DNA from: Squalus acanthias
Taxonomy: Eukaryota
Reading direction: 5' to 3'
DNA: 64,000 bases
Assembly: GCA_030390025.1 (NCBI GenBank)
Contig: CM059432.1
Span: 39,372,001-39,436,000 of the forward strand
How positions within the stretch are numbered: the stretch's first letter is position 1; each line of letters opens with the position of its first letter. This document shows positions 24,863 to 37,813 of this stretch, in pieces. A model generated the notes under the pieces. It was not told the origin of the DNA and searched no databases. It worked only from the letters and a program-made list of their open reading frames with translations. A program made the position numbers and the translations under genes.

Positions 24863-26332
24863 AATGAAGCAGTCCGTGCCTGCATGCAGCAAGACCTGAC
24901 AACATCCAGGCTTGGGCTGATAAGATGTTAGTAACATTCGTGCCACACAAGTGCCAGGTAATGACCATCTCCAACAAGAGAGAGTCTAACCACCTTTGCA
25001 TGACATTCAATGGCATTACCATCATCAAATTCCCCACCATCAACATTCTGGGGACCAGCCACATAAATACAGTAGCTACAAGAGCAGGTCAGAGGCTTGG
25101 TATACTGTATGGTAAGTGACTCACCTCCTGACTCCTCAAAGCCTTTCCACCACCTACAAGGCACAAGTCAGGAATGTGATGGAATACTCTCCACTTGCCT
25201 GGATGAGTGCAGCTCCAACAACACTCAAGAAGCTCAACACCATCCAGGACAAAGCAGCCTGCTTGATTGGCAACCCATCCACCACCTTAAGCAGTCACTC
25301 CCTCTACCACCGGCGCACTGTGGCATCTACAAGATGCACTGCAGCAACTCGCCAAGGCTTCTTCAACAGCAGCTCCCAAAATCTATGACTTCTACCACTT
25401 AGAAGGACAAGGGCAGCAGGCGCAATGGAACACCACCACCTCCAAGTTCCCCTCCAAGTCACACACCATTCTGACTTGGAAAGATATCGTTGTTCCTTCA
25501 TCGTCGCTGGGTTAAAATCCTGGAACTCTCTCCCTAACAGCACCGTGGGAGTACCTTCACCTCACAGACTGCAGCGGTTCAAGAAGGCAGCTCACCAGCA
25601 CCTTCTCAAGGGCAACTAGGAATGTGCATTAAATGCTGGCCTGTGAATGAATAAATAAAAAAATAATTTAAAAAAAACACTAGGAAATTGAGACTGCCTA
25701 AACTCATTTCATGTAGGACACTTATTATTAGCAGTTAGAGAAGACCATGGGGTTCATTTTAAACTTCACCCCATGGGCAGTAATCACTCACCCATTATAG
25801 AACTCACCTTATTTTCATTCCATTGATTCTGAACTGGATATAAGGTGAAGTCCCAGAAGTGAAAAGGCTAATCCTTCCATTAGACATTTTTGGTTGATTT
25901 ATGTTACGAGATAAATTCTTTTCAGACTATGAGACAAGATGAGTGTCTCTTCATAGAATCCAAAGATTTACTTTCTTCTCGTTGTTATAGTAATGCTTTG
26001 ATGCATATTCAACAAAAACACTTGCTGTATAGAGCCTGTAGAAAGCAAAATATACAAAATAGAGAGCAATGGGTTGTACCAACACATGATGCCACAGAGC
26101 AGTAGGTTCACAGCTGCTATTCCCACATATTGCTGAGTTTCTGAGCTGTGTTACTGTTGGGAGGTGAGATGATTTTTTTCCCCTTGCATTATCAGCCTGC
26201 ATTATGGGCCTAGGCACCAAGGTTGAACTGTGGAAAGCAAGGAAGTGAAGGAAGAGAGGAAAGGTAAATAGCATTAAAAAATCTAATAAGTACAAAATTC
26301 AATGAAACTCAACCTTGCCTCTATGTAGTTGT

Positions 26333-28766
26333 TAAGAACATAAGAACATAAGAAATAGGAGCAGGAATAGGCCATTTGACCCTTCGAGCCTGCTTCGCCA
26401 TTCAATAAGATCATGGCTGATCTTCGAACTCAACTCCACTTTCCTGTACTATCCCCATATCCCTTGAATCCCTTAATATCCAAAAATCTATCGATCTCTG
26501 TCTTGAATATACTCAACGACTGAGCCTTCACAGCCCTCTGGGATTCCAAAGATTCACCACCCTCTAAGTGAAGAAATTTCTCCTCATCTCAGTCCTAAAT
26601 GGCTGACCCCTTATTCTGAGACTGTGACCCCTGGTTCTAGACTCCCCAGCCAGGGGAAACATCCTCCCTGCCTCAACCCTGTCAAGCCCTATAAGAATTT
26701 TGTATGTTTCAATGAGATAACCTCTCATACTTCAAAACTCTAGGGAATATAGGCCTCAATCTCTCCTCGTACGACATCCCAGGAATCAGTCTGGTGAACC
26801 TGAAGGGATATTTACTAGTCCTAGCCCCTTTGGGGTTATCCCGGATCAGGCGTATTTCTCAGACGTTCACTTTCAACTAAAGTTTGAGGTAGCCGAATCC
26901 TAAAGATGCTTAATTGGGTCTAAAGGTCTGGGTTATCTCTCCATAAAGGAAAGGAACAACCCGAGAATGTTACCGTCCTCCTGATAGCGCTTTTAATAAG
27001 TTTAGCTAGACTGTAACGTCCCGGATATTATGAGGGTCCGGAGAACTCCTTCAGAATTCTGTAACTCTTCACCAAAGAGTGTACAGAGATAGAGTCCGTG
27101 AGTTATTGATACAGAAGACTTATGTGAGACAATTCTAAAAATATATAGAGATTTATTAAAGAACCGACATGCAATTTACAGTTGGTGAATCAGTCAATCG
27201 CAATGTTAACTGTTCTAAAAAGAGAAAAAATATGATCTTATTACCAGAGAATCTTACTTTTAATACTTAACTTCGCTACAGTATTACAGTTCTTGAAGTT
27301 TTCTATACAGGATATCCATCAATATCAAATACCTTTGATCCCCGAGGTACAAAGAGTGGTAGACCACAGAGCCGCCTCTGTAGCCGAGAATCGCTTTGCC
27401 CGATTAAAGCGACTCTGATATCCTATTTGAAACTTCAATATTTATACCCTTTTTCAGTTGTATTTCATTTAAAGTTTCTGCTGACCCAAGTTAATTATCC
27501 CTATTCATCTTTCTGCTGACCTCCGCAATTCTTTACTGCTATATCAGCTTGTAATATTCCAGAATCTTGTCTTTCTCCAGGTGTTCTGGGTTAACCATAT
27601 AAAATGGTGTGAAGGGCAGGTGTCCCTTATTTTATGTCATCTTTACGAGGGCAGATGTTCCTTATCTTATGTGTCATCTTTATGAAGTTTAAATTAAAAC
27701 ACCTTATCCAGGGTGAACCATTGTTTTTGTTCCCAAAAGTCAGCCTGTCGGAGCCATGCACCTTCTGTTTCAATAAGATTATTTATTCAGGGTCAACAAC
27801 TGTCTTATCTCAATAGCCAGAATTCTTTCATAGGATAGTGTATTTTTCTAAATAGGTTATATGGCTTATTCCTTCACAAACCTTCTCTCTATGGCAAGTA
27901 TATCCTTCCTTAGGTAAAGAGACCAAAACTGTACACAATACTCCAGGTGTGGTCTCACCAGGGCCCTATATAATTGCAGTAACTCATCTTTACTCTTATA
28001 CTCTAATCCTTTTGTAATAAAGGCCAACATACCATTTGCTTTCCTAATTGCTTGCTGTACCTGCATATTAACTTTCAGTGATTCGTGTACAAGGACACCC
28101 AGGTCCCCCTGAACACCAACATTTCCCAATCTTTCACCATTTAAAAAATACACTGATTTTCTATTTTTCCTACCAAAGTGGATAACCTCACATTTCTCCA
28201 CATTTATATTCCATTTGCCATGTTCTTCCCCACTCACTTAGACTGTCTATATCCCCTTGAAGCCTCCTTGCATCCTCCTTACATTCCCACCCAGCTTTAT
28301 ATCATCAGCAAACTTGGATATATTACATTTGGTCCCCTCATCCAAATCATTGACATAGATTGTGAATAGCTGAGGCCCAAGCACTGATCCTTGTGGTACC
28401 CCATTAGTTACAGCCTGCCAACCTGAAAATGACCCGTTTATTCCTGCTCTCTGTTTTCTGTCTATTAACCAATCCTCAATCCATGCTAGTGTATTACCCC
28501 CAATCCCATGCGCCCTAATTTTGTTTAATAACCTTTTGTGTGGCACCTTATCAAATGCCTTCTGAAAATCCAAATACACCACATCCACTGGATCCCCCTT
28601 ATCAATTCTGCTAGTTACAACCTCAAAAATCTCTGACAGATTTGTCAAACACGATTTCCCTTTCATAAATCCGTGTTGACTCTGCCCAATCCAATTATGA
28701 TTTTATAAGTGCCCTGTTACCACATCCTTAATAATAGATTCTAGCATTTTCCCTACTATTGATGTT
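26333..28766 (-). mobile_element. CR1 LINE 3' part interrupted by a solo LTR
   Basis: Tail (GTTCTTAT)n; RT motifs [10 protein letters not shown] and KFADD; sequence resumes after the duplicated AACC. Confidence 0.9.
26801..27878 (-). mobile_element. Solo LTR, 1078 bp (ERV or Gypsy type)
   Basis: Ends TGAAGGGATA...TATTCCTTCACA; 4-bp TSD AACC; minus-strand TATAAA (27441-27446) upstream of AATAAA (27152-27157); splits the CR1 cleanly. Confidence 0.8.
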
Positions 28767-29220
28767 TACTTATATCTCAAGCCAGGTGACTGAAACCCTA
28801 CATTCACTAAGATTAAGTAGCACTACGTGCCATTACTGATCATCATGCAATCTTCAGTAAACTAATTAAACAATGATTCAATTTATGATCCTTGAAAAAA
28901 AGAGTAATGTGTTACAACCTATCAAAAGGCCAATGAGTATGACGAAGAAGACAGTTTGATAAATCTCATGGTCTAGTTAGGTTGTAAACCAATCATAATA
29001 TATTGATTAGTGTAACTGCTATGTGACTCACTTGCCGACATCCATTATTGTTAGAGGAAGTGATATTAAACTATTATAAAATGACAATAAAATAAAGTAC
29101 TTAGGAAATAACTACCCTCAGAGTTCTTTTCTACTTGGTAATACAGCAGGTGATAAGTTACACAGCAGCAAGGACAGTTATCCAACTTACCTCTGTGATC
29201 CCCATGCTAGCTGACATTAT

Positions 29221-30970
29221 GGGCAGTATTTTCCCTGCGGAGGCGGGATGGTGGCGGTAGAGCTGGTTGACGGGTTCCGGTCCTGCTCCCGTCTGCAGCC
29301 ACTCTCTGAAAATGAATTTCCGTAGATTGGCCTTGTTAAGCCCGCCCTGCGGGGTTCCCGGCCAATTAATAGAAAGCGGGTCTGATGACATCATTTGACG
29401 ACGCGTCATCAGCCGGTTTCCTTAAAGGGACCACGGCCACATTGATTCTGACAGTTCTGTTGTCAGTGTTCTGCAGCATTGAGGTGTTGCAAACAGTGAC
29501 AAGCACTGCACAAAGGTGCACGGCTGCACCCAGGCTCTCGCATTACTCCCTCCGTATGCTTATGGAGGTTCTCTTCCCTTCCAATGGGCAGAAGAGACCT
29601 CCCCAGGAGACCAACGCAGCCTGGTTGCACATTGCACAGGAGGGCAAAAGCAGGGATGTCGTCAGGAGGACCAGGCTGCAGTGGCGCAAACTTTTCAATG
29701 ATCTCAGTAGATCACGAAACGTTACTGCAAAGCCACACTCAACCTCATCCTGCTGTGCCACTCATCACATACCCATCACTTTGCCTTCCCTACCCTTCTC
29801 CTGCGCATCCTTATTCACCCCAACTTACCTTGCACCTCCACCCATCTCTCTCTATCTACATTATCACTTCCCCATCTTACTAGCCACCCCTCACACTCAC
29901 CCTCATCCTAGTCCAATCATACAAACTAACAATACACAAGGGTAGGCACTTGGATGTGTTATGTAATGTTCATGTAAATTTTCTGTTAATGTGGTGTCAA
30001 ACATTGAAACTTTATTTTCAACACTTTGTCTTATTGTACAGATCTGTGTGCACCTTTGGAAGTGTCTTTGTGAGTTGCAGTGAATGGTGAGACATAACAG
30101 TATCCCCTGCAATGATGATGAGTGTGAAAGGAATGGCTTGGTCATTGTCGGAATGTGTTATGGTGCTGGTGTGGGGTGGTGTTAACCTGGCGCATCATGT
30201 GGCAGCCAGGGTGTACAGCGTCAAGTGAGTAAATCTGGCCATGGTGATACCATCGCTGGCCTCCCGGGCAGCAATGTGGTTGGGTGATGAGGCCTTATGT
30301 CCTGTGCAACATCAGGTGATTGCAGAGAAGGTAGGTGTTGTTGTTGGTGCTGTTGGTGTGCCTGATGATGCTGGTGTTGGGGCTGATCGTGGTGGGATTC
30401 TGAGGACCAAGGTGAGATTTTTTCAAGGGCACTTTCTGGAATAGATGGCAGCTGAAGTTGAGATGGCAGAAGCGATCTGTCAATGGTGAGAGAGTGTGCT
30501 CCAAGGAGGTGGCAGTGCATATAGAATTCACAACACACACTTACAACCTCAATACAGCTCAAATGTGTCTTCCAAATCATGAAATCAGCAACTCTGGCAT
30601 TTGAAAGTGAACTGATGTGAGAGGTTAGGTTTTATGCTGCAGTTGCAGCTGTGAAGTATTCAGCTCATTGGAAGACTCGACACACTCAGCTGCTGTGTTT
30701 GCCGAACGATGTGAAACTTGTTGAAAATGTGTGAAAATAGAAAAAGCCTAGCAAAATAGCATTTAACAAGGAGTTAACAAGCTGTTAACTACCTTAAATG
30801 TCTCTCCCGCCACTTGGTGTCAGGTCTGTTCTGAAGTGGCAGACCCGACACTTTGGAAACTGGTGTGGAGGCGGGTTTGCGGCGGGTTCCCAACCTGCCA
30901 TCAATCATTTTGAATTTAACAGCTGACCCGCCTCCGAACCCGCACTCTGAGCACGGGCAAAATCGCGGCC
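29221..30970 (+). mobile_element. Harbinger deletion derivative with Myb exon 1 (+) and core-deleted transposase (-)
   Basis: TIR GGGCAGTATTTT / AAAATCGCGGCC; TSD TAT/TAT; Myb AAPRLS..AAWLHIAQE..LQWRKLFNDL; minus strand has a Q/H-rich N-terminus next to HIAAREASDGITMARF. Confidence 0.85.
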
Positions 30971-30994
30971 TATAAATGGGCTCATTTTTCATGC

Positions 30995-31230
30995 ACTGTC
31001 CCCATTCCTTTCAAAACTGCTGCCATCAAATCCCTCCTCAGAAAACCCACTCCTGACCCCTCTGTTCTTGCAAACTACTACCCCATCTCCGGCCTCCCTT
31101 CCTCTCCAAATCCTTGAATGTGTTGCCTCCTAGATTAGTGTCCATCTCTTCTGCAACTCCCTGTTTGAATCCCTCCAATCAGATTTCTATCCCTCTGACA
31201 GCACCAATATAGCTGTAACCAAAGTCATGA
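30995..31230 (+). mobile_element. Decayed L2 RT fragment
   Basis: Resembles the L2 FKTA..PLL.KPT.DPSVLANY.PIS.LP...ESLQS.F region. Confidence 0.6.
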
Positions 31231-32591
31231 GGAGACAAGTGTCCCATACTGGGACTTTTTCCACTGGAGCAGAGAAGGCTAGGAGAAGAGATGATGACAG
31301 GTTTTTGAAATTACGAATGACATTGTTAGGGTGATTAGGGGAAGACTATTTACTCTGGCTGTGGAGTCAGCATCACAGGACCATAGACCTTGATTTTTAA
31401 CCCCCATGGGCATGAGAGCATCGGAGTGGGGGGGTTAAAATATCGGGATCGATCCCATTCCCAGCTGTTTAAATTTTAACAAACTGAAATCAGGCAATCA
31501 AAGAGGTTCCCGCAAAAAGAAGGCGAGGGGTCTAATTAATATTCCAGTGCCTGATGACATAATCGGCGCCGTGGCTTAAATTTAACTATGAGTGAGGGGG
31601 AGGCCTGTGGGATTCCCAACAGCAGATCCAAGGCTAGAGGTGTCGACTGGCCAAAGTGAGTGCTAAAGATCAGCTCCTTTTAGCACTCCTTATGGGCCAG
31701 GAGGAGCAGGGGTGCACCCCCAGTCCTCACAACGAAACCTTCAGCCGCTCTCAAACCCGATCACGGCCTTGAGCCTTCTGCTCCTCCCCCACTCCCGATC
31801 ACAGTCAAGAGCCTTCTGTTCCTACACCGTGGCCCCGATCACAGGTCCAATGACAGCCCCACCCTCCCCTCCCGACGGTAGCCTGAAGCTGCTTGTACCT
31901 TCTAATTGCTCCCATGGAAAAAGACTTCAACTGAAGTCAATAGGTGAGCATAAAGCAGGGAAACTGATTTTATGGTGGAAGGTAATAAGGAGGATCATGA
32001 CTTATTCCAATAGGAATGTGCCCAACCTATTCACTAGAAATGTGGCATTTGTAGTGGCCAGCAAGACAAGCAAAGGTGAGACAGCTGGGATATTAGCTCC
32101 AAAGCTTTTGTGAATCCAGCAAAATGAGTTTACAATCTGCTTTTATAATAAGCAAAATAACATGACAGGTATCTGGTCATCAATCAATGAACAACTATGG
32201 GACAATTAAGAAGCAGGCTGGATGAGTTATCTCAGTGTACTATCTGTTTGGTTGAACTGCAGAAAGACATAATAGTGAATATTACTTAAGGCAGCAGAGT
32301 AAATCATTGTCACTATGTAAACCTCTCTACAAATTCTGCACCTTGATTTCCTTCTTCCAAAACTCTTTTTTTAGTGTCAATAATAGATCAGACCAGACCT
32401 GGACCATCAGTAGAAATCTAGCTACATCTTCAGAACAAAAGAATATTCACAAGCATCCAGAAAAGCCAAGAACAAGAAAAATACTGGGACCTTATAGAAA
32501 TATATATATACATTATAGTAATGTAAAAATAAGATTGAAATAAAAATGTTTTTGCCATATGGTTTCATACCATTAAGGTAATTGGCAATAT

Positions 32592-32868
32592 TTAAGGTAA
32601 TTGCTAAAAGAACCAGAGGCAAGATGAGGAGAAATATTTTTACGCAATGAGTTGTTATGATCTGAAATGCACTGCCTGAAAGGGTGGTGGAAGTAGATTC
32701 AATAATAACTTTCAGAAGGAAATTGGATAAATATTTGAAGGGGAAAAATTTGCAGGCCTGTTGGAAAAGGGCAGGGGAGTGGGACTAATTGGATAGCTCT
32801 TTCACAGGCACGATGGGCTGAATGGCCTCCTTCTGTGCTGTATCGTTCTATGATTCTATGATTCTATG
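32592..32868 (+). mobile_element. CR1 3' fragment
   Basis: Homologous to 23712-23999; tail TTCTATGATTCTATGATTCTATGA. Confidence 0.9.
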
Positions 32869-33736
32869 AAATAACCAAGAGCACCAATATGATTTTAGCA
32901 TTTAGCAAAATGAATGTGCATATTCAAATATATTTTGGTTTCTGGTTCATCTTCCTTCTTTATCTTTCACTGTCCTACCTATGGAACACATGAAAAGAAG
33001 GTTCTACAATTTTCTCCACAGTTTGATATTGCATGTCCAAATATAATTTGTATATATGTAAAACCTGATTGAAGCCGTTTTTTGTTAATTGCTTAAATGA
33101 TGTTCATGAAATTGGAAGAGACCTTGCATGAATTGTGCTGGATACAATTTTAATTGAAAGCATACTCCCACATAGGCTTTACAATGGCATTATCCTAAAG
33201 TTCATCTGTAAAATACAATGCTAAGTTCTCCATGAAGTGGCTGGTCTCCCATTCAGGGCTGCAATGTTTACAACAGTTCTATGTTTCAGACAAAAAAAAA
33301 ATAACGTTCCATCACTAACCCTAGGCTTCTACTTCTTTTCCTGTCCATTCCATTCAATGAGCAGAGGGGGATGCCAGGAAATAAAATTTTGCAACAGAAC
33401 ATTATGTTTTCACTCCTGAGTCTTGAATGTGGAGTGAGGGTAGCAGCACTAGGTGAGAGATCAGCCACCATTCAGAGAGTTTTACATTTATTTTTAAAAG
33501 TGATATTTTGGCATGTACATTACAGATGAATCTTCAAGATGGAGCAAAAGTTCTGATAGTTTGGTAGTGTGCAGGGGGGCGGGGGGAAGGGGAGGGCGGA
33601 ATTTGGCAAGGATCTGCCATATTATGCCCCATTTAAATTCTGCCCTAAAGTCCACCAGAGCGGAGAGGGTATGTGCCCGCTCTAGCCAAGGAGCTGTCAT
33701 GCAAATGATGGATGTAGGCCAAGTTGACATCATTCG

Positions 33737-34937
33737 TACATCAATGATTTGGTTGAGGGGACCAAAAGTAATATATCCAAGTTTGCTGATGATGCAAAGC
33801 TGGGTGGGAATGTAAGTTGTGAGGAGGATGCAAGGAAGCTTCAAGGGGATATAGACAGGCTAAGTGAGTGGGCAAGAACATGGCAAATGGAATATAATGT
33901 GGAGAAATGTGAACTTTGGTAGGAAAAATAGAAAAACAGAGTTTTTTTTAAATGGTGAGAGATTGGGAAATGATGGTGTTCAAAGGGACCTGGGTGCCCT
34001 TGTACAAGAATCACTGAAAGTTAACATGCAGGTACTTTTGTAAGAAAACTACTAGGCACTTGGTCTAAGCTGTTAAACAAAGCTTTAATCAACTGTTTTA
34101 CAACATAGAGGTCTAGTTGTGTCCTTCACTAGTTCCTGTTAAGAATGTCCTGCGCAAGCTGGGCCTGTGCCCGAGTATTTATACTCTCCCTGGACAGCGC
34201 CACCAGCAGGCCGCCCAGTATTATTTCATAAGTCATTTCCACATGAATGACAAGTTTCATGTCAGGTACAGAAAGCAATTAGGAAAGCAAATGGTATGTT
34301 GGCCTTTATTACAAGAGGATTTGAGTATAAGAGTAAAGACGTCTTACTGCAATTATATAGGGCCCTGATCAGACCACACCTGGAGTATTGTGTACAGTTT
34401 TGGTCTCCTTACCTAAGGAAGGATATACTTGCCATAGAGGGAGTGCAATGAAGGTTCACCAGGCTGGTTCCTGGGATGGGGGGATTGTCCTATGAGGAGA
34501 GATTGAGTAGACTAGGCCTATATTCTCTAGAGTTTAGAAGAATGAGATGTGATCTCATTGAAACATACAAAATTCTTACAGGGCTTGACAGGGTAGATGC
34601 AGGGAGGATGTATCCCCTGGCTGAGGAGTCTAGAACCAGGGGTCAGAGTCTCAGAATAAGGGGTCGGCCATTTAGGACTAAGATGAGGAGAAATTTCTTC
34701 ACTCAGAGGGTGGTGAATCTTTGGAATTCTCTACCCCAGAGGGTTGTGGAGGCTCAGTCATTGAGTATATTCAAGACAGAGAGCGATAGATTTTTGAATA
34801 TCAAGGGATATGAGATAGTGCAGTATAGTGGAGATGAGGTAGAAGATCAGCCATGATCTTATTGAATGGCGGAGCAGGCTCGAAGGGCCAAATAGTCTAC
34901 TCCTGCTCCTATTCCTTATGTTCTTATGTTCTTATGT
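33737..34937 (+). mobile_element. CR1 3' part with a 227-bp insertion
   Basis: KFADD region through C-terminus; tail (GTTCTTAT)n; same subfamily as 26333-28766. Confidence 0.9.
34036..34262. mobile_element. Unclassified 227-bp insertion flanked by a CAGGTAC duplication
   Basis: CAGGTAC at 34029-34035 and 34263-34269; the CR1 is continuous once the insert is removed (compare 28040-28075, minus strand). Confidence 0.7.
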
Positions 34938-35322
34938 AAATTCCCGCATTTTCACCCAGGATCTGCCAATCTAACTTACGCCGCTATAAAACAGTGGAAA
35001 CTTAGAACAGCAGGTGAAGAAGACTCATACTAGAATCTAAAAGGTGAATTACTATGTTTCATTGTGCTACTAGATAGAGGCCTGGACTTTGCTGGGCCCA
35101 TAGAAGAAATAGCAGAGCACGATTTCCAGCTGTCCACGTGATCCTGCTGGCACCCAACTGCATTTCCCTTGCGGGGTGGTTGGGTATAGTAAAGTTTGAA
35201 GGTTCGGTTTAGAGCTCTTGACTGGTTTTCTGCGGCTGGAAGGAAGGGAAATCAGGTTTACACCATCTCGGCAGCATCTTTCTTGCTTCCAGCTTCTGTG
35301 ACGATAACAATGAAAATATAAC

Positions 35323-36298
35323 GGCCCTGAAATTGTGAGTCCTGCAATTTGCCAGCAGCTACACAATGCTAAAATTGTTGGGCTGAGCTAATTTTAATAT
35401 TGTGAGTTATGCTAAGGAGGCCCAGGAAACACCAGGGGCGGGGGTGCAGCGAAAACACTTAAGGACCCAGCTGCAGCATTTAAAGCTGGACTGTTTTTAA
35501 AGAAGATGACCTGGCTCAAATAGGAACCGGTAAGAAGAGAGCTTCAAACTTCTCAGTGAGTGTCATAAATATTCTTCTAACCGGAATTAGGCACGCAGGG
35601 TTGCAATAGGAAATGGGTGGCAAGAGAACTAGTTATCACAGCACCTAGTACCATGTGGAAGGAAGTGGCACAGGTAATGAGTGACAACTGCATAACCTCC
35701 AGAACCCCTCTCCAATGCAGGATGAGCCACAAGGTCAGCAAAGGTAAATGTTAAGGGTGCAAGGAATCATTAATGTATGTTTGAAATATTTCAGACAGTA
35801 GCTCGATATTTACCCTAAAAGTGTATTCACAAATCTAAGGGCTTCATCCTCTACATTAAATGAACTGTAATGACATCTATGCACGGAAGACTTCAATTAC
35901 CCTGCAATGCATGCATGTCTGTTAAAGCCTCACTATTTCTGTGGGAATTCCATACGAGAGGTGATGAGAATTCACAAATAGCTGTCAAATTAAGAAGTCT
36001 TTGATTGACAGTTACAAGCATACCTTCTGGTGCTGCCGCAGCAGTCCCAGGACAGCACTGCCTTGATTTTCCTGGGGTCACTGGCAAATGTAGAGTTGAT
36101 CCTTGGTTGTTATTCATTGAGGGAGGGGCGGGGGGGGGGGTAAAATTTCCACTTGTTGGCGGGGATCCAGCTGGGAGCCTGCCATGAATACCTGATGACC
36201 CATGAGCCAGAAAACTGGGCCATAGTCATGGCAGGGACAGGATGGCAGGCGGAAGTCCTGTTCCAACCCCCTCAAAATGGATAAAGCAATTTCCGGCC
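35323..36298 (+). mobile_element. Old Harbinger-related segment with a decayed Myb/SANT exon (~35510-35745)
   Basis: Starts GGCCCTGAAATTG; remnant KKRASNFS..ILL..MWKEVAQVMS...RTPLQCR; possible right end CAATTTCCGGCC, which may belong to a separate small MITE. Confidence 0.5.
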
Positions 36299-36843
36299 AT
36301 CGTAACTGTATATACTGGGGAGGAAGATTTATCTGGCTGCTATGTTTTAGCGACCTTGTAAACATAACAGAAAGATTTCCTATGTTCGCTATTTCTAACA
36401 AAATTGTAAAAGATTCCAAAAGACATGTTTGTGGTTTCACTAGAAATAACAATTAGAGGGAATATTACCCCCCAGATGACTAAAAACCAAGGATCAGCTC
36501 TACATTTAGATGTATGCTGTAGAACAAGAATCATTGGCCAAATATATGCATACAGGACATCTGATTTCTTTCGGTTAGAAACATTCTGCTCAACAAGTTA
36601 GACATCTTTAACATCTGCATGTCTTTAATGTCTACAAGGATCAACTCTACACTTAGATGTATGCTTTATATATATAAACATCACATAAAGTGGTTAAAAT
36701 GCACTCTGTATTTGCTATGTCTGTGGGTTATGTACACAAAGGCATTGAAGATGTCTAATAATTTATGTTATAATTGCAAAATAATTTGATGGCAAATGTT
36801 AACTAAACTTGAGTTAGGGCCATATTGGTGAGTGACAACATCC

Positions 36844-36887
36844 TCAGTGAAGGATTAATGATTGTTCAGTGAAGGATTAATGATTGT
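36844..36887. repeat. Perfect 22-bp tandem duplication
   Basis: TCAGTGAAGGATTAATGATTGT x2. Confidence 0.9.
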
Positions 36888-37338
36888 CATGTCACCACTG
36901 AAAGTTTACTTATTTCTCAATTAATTAGTGGGAAATTCAATACACATTAGTTTACGCAACATTTCCTGACCATAATATTTCTCAATAACACTAATATTCA
37001 ATAATTAAGGAATGAGGATCAGCCTTGACCCAGTGGTAGCATTCTCGTCTCTGGGTCAGAGGAACTTGAGTTCTAGCCCCACTATGATAGTGTTAGATTG
37101 GGAATTCCAGGATAAAGAATAGTGATGTAGGTTCAACCCAGGACAATATGTAATGTGGAGAAGAATTTGGAGGTAATGGTGTTCTCAAATTATTGCTGCT
37201 CTTGCCTTTCTTAGTGGCAGAGGCTGGGAGGTGCTGTCGTAGCAAGCTTGAGTGAGTAAGATTAGTATGCCTTCTGGTGGACCTCTGCAACATAAAGACA
37301 AACCTGCTAACTTTATTATGGGTAATGTAAGACATACT

Positions 37339-37813
37339 GGCCGGGACTTTCCCGTTTCCCACCCACCCTGAGCGGGGGCCCCCGGTAGAACGCGGGAAAC
37401 CCGGAAGTTAAAACTCCACAGCGTGCGCGTGGCGTAATGGGCGGGTTCCCTGCCTGGAGTCCAGCCTGGACTGCTGGTGGGTGAGCTTGGGGAGCTGGGA
37501 GGAAGCACTCCTGGTCCTCCCGGCCCACAAGGATTGCTCCCGAAGGCTGTTCTTGCCTCGCTGCAGCTACCAGGAATCCCGAGCCCTGGGATCCTGGCCG
37601 CCTGCAGGTTAAAGCGAAGGCTTCAGGCCTCATTATAATATTTAAAATGCCAACCCACCTCCTGGCAATAGGTTGGCTGCCCGCCTCCCCGTCCCGCCTG
37701 AGTAAAAGGTGAAAGTGGGCGGGTTGGATGCGGGTTGGGGTCGGGTTTTAGATTTTTACAACTTTAACTCCCCCCACTCCACCCCACCTATTTTTCATGT
37801 GAAAATTCCCCCC
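37339..37813. mobile_element. 475-bp Harbinger-type MITE
   Basis: Termini GGCCGGGACTTTC / GAAAATTCCCCCC; TSD ACT/ACT; GGCGGGTT-type motifs. Confidence 0.7.

Larger units (their letters stand above)
15559..25662 (+). mobile_element. CR1/L2-group LINE 3' half in three pieces (15559-15961, 24000-24096, 24863-25662)
   Basis: RT motifs DVKAAF and [26 protein letters not shown] rejoin across the insertions; 3' end TGAATGAATAAA; uninterrupted sister copy at 50850-51890. Confidence 0.85.

Noticed and set aside
36844..36887. CRISPR-like repeat
   Set aside because: Two adjacent units with no spacer, in eukaryotic DNA; a simple duplication.
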